DNA of 32,000 nucleotides from Candidatus Methanoperedens sp. (lineage in GTDB: Archaea; Halobacteriota; Methanosarcinia; Methanosarcinales; Methanoperedenaceae). The notes beneath the pieces are model-generated. The model did no database searches. It saw only the letters and a program-made list of their open reading frames with translations, and was not told the origin of the DNA. The stretch covers positions 30,001 to 62,000 of the forward strand of contig JAPZAR010000012.1 of the NCBI GenBank assembly GCA_027460535.1, read 5' to 3'. Position numbers and translations under genes: made by a program. Numbering within the stretch: the first letter of the stretch is position 1; each line of letters starts with the position of its first letter. Shown here in pieces: positions 16,869-24,504 of the stretch.

Positions 16869-18080
16869 CTACATCACATCCACAAGGAACAAATCCGGGT
16901 CTTTCAGGTGATCCATCAGGGTGTTCATGAACCTCGCGGCCTGCGCGCCATCAAGTGCCCTGTGGTCAAATGACAGAACCAGAGGCAGTATCTTTCTTAT
17001 CTTGATCTCTCCATCGACCACCCATGGCATGTCCCTGATCCTGTGCACGCCGAGTATGGCTACGTCGGGAGGGTTGATTATCGGAGTGGAAAAAATACCT
17101 CCTATACTTCCTATGTTCGTTATGGTGAAGGTATTTCCTTTTAGGTCCGCGAGCTTTATTTTTCGGCTCCGGGCTTCCTCAGCGAGTTTTTCTGTCTCCT
17201 TTGCCAGTTCCAGGATGCTTTTCTGATCCGCATTCTTAATGACCGGGACCATCAGCCCGTCAGGTGTATCCACAGCAATACCTATGTTATAGTAGTGCTT
17301 CAGAACGATCTCATTCTTTTTCGAATCAAGGGATGCGTTCAGGTACTGATGCTGCTTCAACGCCACTGTGACTGCTTTAATAATGAATGCAAGATAGGTA
17401 AGTTTTATGCCCTTCTCTTCTGCGGTTTTTTTCTCCTTTTCCCGCAGCTTTACAAGATCCGTCACATCTGCCTCATCCATTGAAACAACATGGGGCGCCG
17501 TGAACTTGGACTGGACCATCCTTTCGCCTATGGTTTTTCGGATGCCTTTTATTGGTATCCTCTCCTCCGGAAGTTTCATCTCTGCTTCTTCAGCCTCAGG
17601 TTTTGCTTCAGCCTCCGGCGCTCCTGCGAACCTTTTTATGTCTTCATCAGTTACCCTTCCACCGGGACCGCTGCCGGAAACTCTGGATACATCAACGCCA
17701 AGTTCCCTTGCGAGGCGCCTCGTGGAGGGGGTAGCTAAGACCCTTTCCAGAGGCGGAATCCCGGGCGGCTTGACTTGAGGTTTGATTTCTGGAGGTCTTA
17801 TTTCTGGCTTCGCTTCAGAAATCTGTACCTCTTCTCCGGGCAGAACAAGAGATGCAAGTAAGCTTCCCACCTTGATAACATCCCCCTCTTTTCCAAAGAG
17901 TTTCGCGACCTTTCCTGATTTAGATGTGGGTATTTCAACAATCGCCTTGTCTGTCTCGATCTCAGCCACGGCCTGATCCGCTTTTACTTCATCTCCAACC
18001 TTTACAAGCCATTTTACAAGTGTCCCTTCAGTTATGCCTTCCCCGACATCCGGAAACTTTACATCGACCATGTTCATCAC
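16869..18080 (-). CDS. Dihydrolipoamide acyltransferase (E2) of a 2-oxoacid dehydrogenase complex
   Basis: 403-aa ORF. It has a lipoyl domain with EIETDKAIVEI, a Pro/Ala/Glu linker, a subunit-binding domain (ATPSTRRLARELGVDVSRVSGSGPGGRV) and a catalytic domain with DHRALDG. Confidence 0.95.
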   Translation of the reverse strand: MMNMVDVKFPDVGEGITEGTLVKWLVKVGDEVKADQAVAEIETDKAIVEIPTSKSGKVAKLFGKEGDVIKVGSLLASLVLPGEEVQISEAKPEIRPPEIKPQVKPPGIPPLERVLATPSTRRLARELGVDVSRVSGSGPGGRVTDEDIKRFAGAPEAEAKPEAEEAEMKLPEERIPIKGIRKTIGERMVQSKFTAPHVVSMDEADVTDLVKLREKEKKTAEEKGIKLTYLAFIIKAVTVALKQHQYLNASLDSKKNEIVLKHYYNIGIAVDTPDGLMVPVIKNADQKSILELAKETEKLAEEARSRKIKLADLKGNTFTITNIGSIGGIFSTPIINPPDVAILGVHRIRDMPWVVDGEIKIRKILPLVLSFDHRALDGAQAARFMNTLMDHLKDPDLFLVDVM

Positions 18081-18081
18081 C

Positions 18082-19053
18082 TCAAAAAGCTGCCACCTCT
18101 TTTATGGCAAGAGCCACTTTTTCTGCATCGGGCAGATAATAATCTTCAAGCTTCGGCAACGGGACAGGGACATCATACCCAGTAACCCTTTTGACCGGGG
18201 CCTCAAGATGAAGGAAAGCTTTCTCATTGATCCTTGCGATTATCTCTGCGCCCAGACCCAGGGTTCTCGGTTCTTCATGGACTATCACAGCTCTGCCTGT
18301 TTTTTTGACCGAGTCTACAATGATCTTCTCATCCAGGGGTGAGAGCGTGCGCAGGTCTATCAGTTCAATGCTGATATCCTTGACTATTTCCATGGCCTCC
18401 TGGCAGACCTTCACCATGGCACCCCAGGCTATCAGTGTCAGGTCATCGCCTTCTGTCATCTTCTTACCCTCGCCTAAGGGCACAGTGTAATCGCCTTCGG
18501 GCACCTCTTCCCTGAAGGCACGGTAAAGTCTCTTGGGCTCAAAATAGAAGACCGGGTCGGGATCCCTGATGGCCGATAGCAGCAAACCTTTCGCATCATA
18601 CGGGGATGACGGGATCACAACTTTCATTCCCGGAATGTGAATAAAAAAAGTGGCTACGGCCTCTGAATGATGTTCAAGGGCTTTCACTCCTCCTCCGTAT
18701 GGCGACCTTATCACAAGGGGGCAGTGATATGTGCCGCGCGATCGGTACCTTATCCTGGAAGCATGTGCTGCAAGCTGGTCTAGAGTCATATATGAAAATC
18801 CTTCGAACTGTATCTCAGCCACGGGTTTGAGTCCAGAGACTGCCATGCCGATCGCTGTCCCCACGATCCCGGATTCAGCAAGAGGCGTATCGATTACCCG
18901 GTCACTACCAAACTTTTCAAGAAGACCCTCGGTGACCCTGAACACGCCTCCATCAACGCCCACGTCCTCGCCCATGACCACGACTGCTGGATCTCTTTCC
19001 ATTTCTTCATGCAAGGCAAGGTTGATCGCCGCCACCATGTTGAGCTTTACCAT
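18082..19053 (-). CDS. 2-oxoacid dehydrogenase E1 component, beta subunit
   Basis: The track ORF extends to 19086. The ATG at 19053 (MVKLNMVAAINLAL...) lies 1 nt after the E1alpha stop and matches the normal E1beta N-terminus. It has a transketolase-like pyrimidine-binding core (VIDTPLAESGIVGTAIGMA). Confidence 0.93.
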   Translation of the reverse strand: MVKLNMVAAINLALHEEMERDPAVVVMGEDVGVDGGVFRVTEGLLEKFGSDRVIDTPLAESGIVGTAIGMAVSGLKPVAEIQFEGFSYMTLDQLAAHASRIRYRSRGTYHCPLVIRSPYGGGVKALEHHSEAVATFFIHIPGMKVVIPSSPYDAKGLLLSAIRDPDPVFYFEPKRLYRAFREEVPEGDYTVPLGEGKKMTEGDDLTLIAWGAMVKVCQEAMEIVKDISIELIDLRTLSPLDEKIIVDSVKKTGRAVIVHEEPRTLGLGAEIIARINEKAFLHLEAPVKRVTGYDVPVPLPKLEDYYLPDAEKVALAIKEVAAF

Positions 19054-19054
19054 C

Positions 19055-20140
19055 TCATCCCCCCTTCCTGTTGGCGATAAAAGCAAGGAGTTCGTCCATT
19101 TGCTCTTTCAGGTTCTGCGGCATTTCAGCATACACGTATTTGAACATGTTCTCCACGCCAGGTTTATAGGCCTCGGCCTCTTCCACCGCCTTTTCTATCT
19201 CATCAGTAAGTTCTTTTATCAGCCCATCTTCATAACCCTGGTTCCAGATACCTTTTTTCTCAATGTATATCCGAAGACGTTTTATGGGATCTTTTTTCCT
19301 CCATTCCTCCTCTTCGGATTTCTGTCTGTATCGTGTTGGATCGTCGGAGGTAGTATGCGCACCCAGCCGGTAGGTGAAACACTCTATCATAGTGGGTCCT
19401 CCTCCCGACCTTGCTTTATCCAGGGCGGTCTTTGTGGCGCTGTACACGGCAAGCACATCATTCCCATCCACCTGGATACCTTCAAATCCATAAGCCAGGG
19501 CCTTCTGGGCCAGAGTTTTTGAGGCGGTCTGTTTTTCCCTGGGCAGGGATATGGCATACTGGTTGTTCTGGCAGATGAAAACTGTCGGGGTCCTGAATAC
19601 TCCTGCAAAATTCATTCCTTCATGGAAATCCCCTTCCGAGGTTGCGCCATCCCCGAAATAGACGACAGATGCTATGTTCTGCTTCTGGATCTTCGCTGCC
19701 CATGCTGCCCCGACCGCGTGGAGAACCTGGGTTGAAACGGGAATTGAAATCATAAAGTTCCTGGCAGGAAGCCACATGTTCGCATCTTCAGACCCCATCC
19801 AGTAAATATAAAGAAGCTTCATGGGGATGCCTCTTGCGATCTGGACCCCGTGTTCCCTGAAAGCCGGGAAAAACCAATCATCAGGTTTCATGGCAAGGGC
19901 ACTTCCTATCGCGGTCGCTTCCTGCCCGAGCGAAGAACCGTAGGTAAGCATCCTGCCCTGGCGCTGGAGTTTCAATGCCTTATCATCGTACATTCGGGTA
20001 AGCACCATGGTCCTGTAAAGTCTTTCAAGCATCGCATTGTCAAGTTCTGGCTCCAGGCTCTTATCCACATTGCCCTCAGGATCAAGAATAGAAAGCCAGT
20101 CAACACTCAAATCCAGAATTTTTTGTCTTGGCAATTTCAC
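19055..20140 (-). CDS. 2-oxoacid dehydrogenase E1 component, alpha subunit (TPP-binding)
   Basis: 361-aa ORF with the TPP motif GDGATSEGDFHEGMNFAGVFRTPTVFICQNNQYAIS. The track uses a GTG start directly after GGGAGGT. A TTG two codons downstream would have better Shine-Dalgarno spacing. Confidence 0.93.
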   Translation of the reverse strand: MKLPRQKILDLSVDWLSILDPEGNVDKSLEPELDNAMLERLYRTMVLTRMYDDKALKLQRQGRMLTYGSSLGQEATAIGSALAMKPDDWFFPAFREHGVQIARGIPMKLLYIYWMGSEDANMWLPARNFMISIPVSTQVLHAVGAAWAAKIQKQNIASVVYFGDGATSEGDFHEGMNFAGVFRTPTVFICQNNQYAISLPREKQTASKTLAQKALAYGFEGIQVDGNDVLAVYSATKTALDKARSGGGPTMIECFTYRLGAHTTSDDPTRYRQKSEEEEWRKKDPIKRLRIYIEKKGIWNQGYEDGLIKELTDEIEKAVEEAEAYKPGVENMFKYVYAEMPQNLKEQMDELLAFIANRKGG

Positions 20141-20175
20141 ACCTCCCAGTATTAATTAAATGGTTCTTGACCTTT

Positions 20176-21021
20176 TTAATCTTTGCTGAATGCCTCTGCC
20201 ATATATGAACTCCTGACAAGAGGCCCGCTGGAAACTGAAATAAATCCTTTGGATTCGGCTATTTTTTTATAGAAAGCGAACTTCACAGGCGGAACATATT
20301 CCTTAACTTCCATCTGCTTTTCAGAAGGGCGGAGGTACTGGCCAAGGGTAAGGAAATCAACACCCGCAGTTCTGAGGTCATCCATTGTTCTAAGCACCAT
20401 TTCTTCTGCTTCCCCAATACCCAACATCAAAGAAGATTTCGTGTTTATGTAGGGGGCGATCTGTTTTACCTTTGAGAGCACTTCAAGGGAGAGATGATAC
20501 CCTGCCCTCCTATCCCTTGCCAGAGCCTGAAATTCCTTTACAGTTTCGATATTGTGCCCGACAACGTCCGGACCCGCCTCGATTATTTTGCGAAGGCAAT
20601 CTTCGCTGCCCTGGAAATCCGGGATCAGCGCCTCTACTATAACCTTCATGTTTTTTATCGCCTTTATGCAATCTGCGAAATGCTCCGCTCCTCCGTCAGC
20701 AAGGTCATCCCTGTCCACCGAGGTCAGGACGGCATACCCAAGGCCCATTCTCTTCACGGCACGGGCTATTCTTGCAGGTTCGGAAGTGTCAAGGGGCTCA
20801 CCTTCTAATCCCTTTTTGACAGCGCAGAAGCTGCAGGTCCGCGTGCAGACAGAACCCATTATCATAAAGGTGGCTGTACCCCTGCTCCAGCATTCCCCCA
20901 CATTCGGGCACCGTGCACCTGTGCAGACAGTGTTCAGGCCGAGCTCTTCCAGCGAGCTCTTCATGGTCAGGAACTTTTCCCCTGAGGGGGGTCTGGTTTT
21001 GAGCCAGCCGGGTTTTGTCAT
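20176..21021 (-). CDS. lipA: Lipoyl synthase
   Basis: 281-aa ORF with both LipA clusters: CTGARCPNVGEC (Cx4Cx5C) and the radical-SAM CTRTCSFC (Cx3Cx2C). It lies 35 nt upstream of E1alpha on the same strand. Confidence 0.95.
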   Translation of the reverse strand: MTKPGWLKTRPPSGEKFLTMKSSLEELGLNTVCTGARCPNVGECWSRGTATFMIMGSVCTRTCSFCAVKKGLEGEPLDTSEPARIARAVKRMGLGYAVLTSVDRDDLADGGAEHFADCIKAIKNMKVIVEALIPDFQGSEDCLRKIIEAGPDVVGHNIETVKEFQALARDRRAGYHLSLEVLSKVKQIAPYINTKSSLMLGIGEAEEMVLRTMDDLRTAGVDFLTLGQYLRPSEKQMEVKEYVPPVKFAFYKKIAESKGFISVSSGPLVRSSYMAEAFSKD

Positions 21022-21192
21022 GATATAATGTGTTACCTTTATTCAGATAAATCTGATGAAAAGGAAATTCATGACTTGATAAGGCAGCAGATTGACAACA
21101 GGTAATCTTAAATGTCCCCCGGCTCATTATTTGTATATCATCAAAAAATGGAAATGCGTAAACAGGAAATATAAAATAAAAGAGTAAAAAAT

Positions 21193-21348
21193 ATGTCCGG
21201 TGTCAGAGACGAATTTAAAATTAATATGTTGAGAGACGTAGGACTATACGAATGTATATGCAGGGATTGTGGAAATAAGTTCAAGGGGCTGCCGGTAAGT
21301 AAGATTGAATGTCCTGCCTGTCGTTCTACGAATATATCCAAAAAATAG
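21193..21348 (+). CDS. Unannotated 51-aa zinc-ribbon protein (FmdB-like CxxC...CxxC)
   Basis: Own translation gives MSGVRDEFKINMLRDVGLYECICRDCGNKFKGLPVSKIECPACRSTNISKK. The YEC.C..CG..F...(n)..CP.C pattern matches small FmdB-type zinc-ribbon proteins. It explains this locus better than the antisense 79-aa track ORF 21141..21380. Confidence 0.6.
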   Translation: MSGVRDEFKINMLRDVGLYECICRDCGNKFKGLPVSKIECPACRSTNISKK

Positions 21349-21531
21349 AAATTAGGACACAAATTCGGGAGAATGCTCATGAGTATAGCATTTCTATCGA
21401 ATTGCTTGTTTTATATGGTAATGTTCAGGCTCAGAGGGTTATGATTTAAGAGATAACATTAAATAACAACTCATTGGCACAGACTTTATGATGCATAGGT
21501 TTAATGATTAATGATATTGTAATAGTGTTTC

Positions 21532-21918
21532 ATGAATCCGAAGGAAATCGTGAATACAAGTGAGGCGCCAAATGCTATCGGCCCTTACTCACAAGCTGTC
21601 AAGGTGAATAAAATGGTCTATCTGTCAGGTCAGATCGCGATCGACCCTAAGACCCAGCAGTTCATTGATGGTGATGTAGAGACCCAGACAAAAAGAGTTC
21701 TTGATAACCTGAAAGCTGTTACTGAAGCATCGGGGAGCAGCCTTGAAAGTGTGGTCAAGACAACTATTTATCTAACAGATATTAATGATTTTTCAAAAGT
21801 GAACCAGATTTATGCGTCTTATTTTTCTTTGGGCAAGCCTGCCCGTTCCACTGTATGTGTTGCAAAGCTTCCAAAAAACGCAAAGATAGAGATTGATGCG
21901 ATTGCAGAGATTATTTGA
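21532..21918 (+). CDS. ridA: RidA/YjgF family reactive-intermediate deaminase
   Basis: 128-aa ORF. APNAIGPYSQAVKVNKMVYLSGQI...RSTVCVAKLPKNAKIEIDAIA is the family signature. Confidence 0.92.
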   Translation: MNPKEIVNTSEAPNAIGPYSQAVKVNKMVYLSGQIAIDPKTQQFIDGDVETQTKRVLDNLKAVTEASGSSLESVVKTTIYLTDINDFSKVNQIYASYFSLGKPARSTVCVAKLPKNAKIEIDAIAEII

Positions 21919-22160
21919 AATGGGAATAAGCATATCGTGATCAAACCCACAATCACTGATTTGCTGCTGAGGGAATGTGGGGAGGCCATTTTGGTTGTGG
22001 AAGCACCGGCATGGAATGCTCGATGGTGTTGAATTTCTGTGGGATTGATTGTTTTCTATGATTCAATTGAGGAGCTTAGTTAATCTATCAAAAACTGCTC
22101 CCATCATAAAACTCATATAACCAAAGACAAATAAGATGCTATACTTTCCTTTTAATAATC

Positions 22161-23174
22161 ATGGCGCTTCGAAAATTAATTTCAATAACTTCGCTGGCAA
22201 TTTTGGCTATTGTAATAATCGCCGGAAGTGTTGGGTTTCAGATGGTGAGATCCCAGCCTGTGTTTTGTAACTCCTGCCATGAAATGAATTTTTACTACAA
22301 ATCATGGCAATCTTCAACGCACGGCCCGAAGGCAGTGTGTCTTGATTGCCATTCAGAGCATGGTCTGCAAGGCTTTATTGGAGAGAATGTGCGGGGAGCA
22401 GAACAGCTCGCTGCACATTTTTCAGGCATTTATAATGTGCCTATCAAAATCGTCAAGCGGGTAAAAAACGAGCAATGCCTTGCATGCCACCCTGAAACCC
22501 GCAATCTTACTGATAAGACCATTGAGGCAAAACATTCCTTGCACATGGACAAATCTGTATTATGCGCCGATTGCCACAACCGACTTGTCCATAACCAGTC
22601 AGGTCAGCCACGTGTTATGGCACTGGCTCAATGCGACTTATGCCATAAAGTTCACGCCAATTTCAAACTTCTCGGCGTGCATGCAACATTGAACTGCGAA
22701 AAATGTCACCCGGGTGATAAATACAGAGGTATAAACCCCAATTGTGAATCCTGCCACAAAGTGCCCGTCAATCATATCGCCGGGATTGTGGGAAACTGCG
22801 ATAAATGCCACTCTACGGCAGGCTGGAAACCTGCAACGTTTGACCACTCAAAATTCCTATTGACAGGAAAACACCAGTCTCTCACATGTGATCAGTGTCA
22901 CCATGGAACCTATACCGGGACTGCAACGATGTGTGTAAGTTGCCATGAGCCGCCTTCGAGCCACGCTGGTATGGATACTGACTGCGCTCAATGCCATTCC
23001 CCGGATGGTTTTACGCCGGCTAACTTTGTGCATAACAGAGTTGGTGAACATATTGGTGGACGTGTTGAAAGACCGCTTTCATGCGTAACCTGTCATCCTG
23101 TTCGATTTATGGAGACTACATGCACTGGAAGCCGATGTCATTCGTCAAATAATGCAAGAGGTGGTGATGATTGA
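22161..23174 (+). CDS. Membrane-anchored multihaem c-type cytochrome (NapC/NirT-like N-terminus plus an octahaem extension)
   Basis: 337-aa ORF with one N-terminal TM helix followed by CNSCHEM (the NapC/NirT hallmark). There are 12 CxxCH motifs plus one CTGSRCH (Cx4CH). The C-terminal half has paired-CXXCH spacing (F.H..F.L.G.H....C..CH). Confidence 0.92.
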   Translation: MALRKLISITSLAILAIVIIAGSVGFQMVRSQPVFCNSCHEMNFYYKSWQSSTHGPKAVCLDCHSEHGLQGFIGENVRGAEQLAAHFSGIYNVPIKIVKRVKNEQCLACHPETRNLTDKTIEAKHSLHMDKSVLCADCHNRLVHNQSGQPRVMALAQCDLCHKVHANFKLLGVHATLNCEKCHPGDKYRGINPNCESCHKVPVNHIAGIVGNCDKCHSTAGWKPATFDHSKFLLTGKHQSLTCDQCHHGTYTGTATMCVSCHEPPSSHAGMDTDCAQCHSPDGFTPANFVHNRVGEHIGGRVERPLSCVTCHPVRFMETTCTGSRCHSSNNARGGDD

Positions 23175-23518
23175 ATCGGATCGGTTTCAATCAGAAATTC
23201 TAGGTTATTATTCTCACCTGGTTTTTGAAATGTGATATCTATGGTTTCTATCAGTATATCCGGCATGAAAAATCGTGTTGCAGTCAACGACCTCGGATTG
23301 AAATCCGAAAGGTATCGGGAGGATGCTCATGGTTTTGGGTTTTTTCCAAAGGTTCGCTGATTTTAGTATTTCAATCCAGGCGCAGGGATACCAAGGCTGT
23401 AGGCATTTGGGTGAGGACCGAGCCCCTAATCCTATAACCATTGTTAACACCCCAATGACTGAAAGGAGGGGAACGCAGCGGGTCAAGTATTTTAAAGAAA
23501 TCTGAAGAAGTTTTTATA

Positions 23519-24037
23519 TCAGGCATGTCTTACATAATGCAATTGAACCAAACCAGAATCGTAGGATTTTACATTTAATAATTCTAAATTACTTTCAGGA
23601 TTTCTCCCCTGAAACAATGATATACCTTTACCAAGTAATTTAGGAATTATCGTGATTATATATTCGTCTATTAAATCCGCACTCAAAAACTGATTAGCCA
23701 AAGCTGCACCTCCAACTAACCAAATATTCTTGTTGTACCCTAATTTCAAATTATTAAGTACTTCTTTCACATCGCCACTAACAAAATGTATGTTATCTGC
23801 CTTCTGTTTTGGTTCTTTCCTAGTGAATACATAAGCTTCTTTGCCTTTATATGCGTCTTCAATTTGTCTATAAGTTGTACCCCCAACTAGCACAGTCCCT
23901 ATTCTATTATACAGCTCCTTAAAACCATAATCTTCTCCACTATTTTCGTATCTTGTTAGCCAATCAAGACTTCCGTCTTCTTTTGCAATAAATCCATCAA
24001 GGCTTATTGCGATGTAAAGAATTATTTTATTATTCAT
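23519..24037 (-). CDS. Dihydrofolate-reductase-like protein (RibD C-terminal domain family)
   Basis: 172-aa ORF. YIAISLDGFIA..DGSLDWL...VGGTTY...IWLVGGAALANQFL...LIDEYIITIIPKLLGKG is typical of PF01872-type reductases. GC is low (30% in the line 23581-23640). Confidence 0.88.
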   Translation of the reverse strand: MNNKIILYIAISLDGFIAKEDGSLDWLTRYENSGEDYGFKELYNRIGTVLVGGTTYRQIEDAYKGKEAYVFTRKEPKQKADNIHFVSGDVKEVLNNLKLGYNKNIWLVGGAALANQFLSADLIDEYIITIIPKLLGKGISLFQGRNPESNLELLNVKSYDSGLVQLHYVRHA

Positions 24038-24091
24038 ATGATTGGTAGTTAATGTAAACCGTTAAAAAATTTTGGGTTCAGTGCCTGAAAG

Positions 24092-24170
24092 TTGCGTATG
24101 GCATCGAATATCCGAACTTTGTTCATATATCCTCCCAATTCGGCGATATATCCGAACTTGATTCGTATAA
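24092..24170 (-). promoter_or_regulatory. Structured cis-element copy B
   Basis: The same ordered blocks as copy A are present: TTGCGTAT (24092-24099), ATATCCGA (24108-24115), ATATCCT (24127-24133), ATATCCGAACTT (24148-24159) and TTCGT (24162-24166). A degenerate inverted half-site aattcggcgatat lies at 24138-24150. The element ends 54 nt upstream of the ATG at 24037. Confidence 0.6.
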
Positions 24171-24504
24171 ATTTCCTTTGCATGAACGTCGATTCCCTTA
24201 ATTATACCCCGCATTATGTTTATCCAAAGGGATTTCTACTCGCTTAAATCTTTATTACTTGCATATTGTATAAGAGTTCCTCAGTCTAGTGAACGTAAGC
24301 CTTAATTGTTTTTGTATTTTCTTAAATGAGCGCCTTATTTTTATGGTTTGAAAAAGGTTATTCTGGATTCCTATTGCCTTATACGTGCATGAAACCCTAT
24401 CGCTTCAGTCACAAACCCCGCTGTTTATAGCGTTTTTATGACCAGATTATCATGACCAATTTGGATACAAAATATCCTGGCAATTTCACATTCATACTCT
24501 TTCC

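Noticed and set aside
21141-21380. A 79-aa minus-strand track ORF in the lipA upstream spacer.
   Set aside because: It has low-complexity Leu/Ile/Phe/Ser composition and no recognisable motif. The opposite strand encodes a clean four-Cys zinc-ribbon protein (21193..21348) that explains the locus better.
23183-23377. CRISPR-like repeat ends (GTTTCAATC…, …ATTGAAAT) with ~60-nt spacing, suggesting a degenerate CRISPR array.
   Set aside because: Only about 10-12 nt are shared between copies. One copy is in inverted orientation, spacing is irregular (60, ~50, ~70 nt), there is no full-length (~30 nt or longer) repeat, and no cas genes are in the window. It is reported only as a motif cluster.
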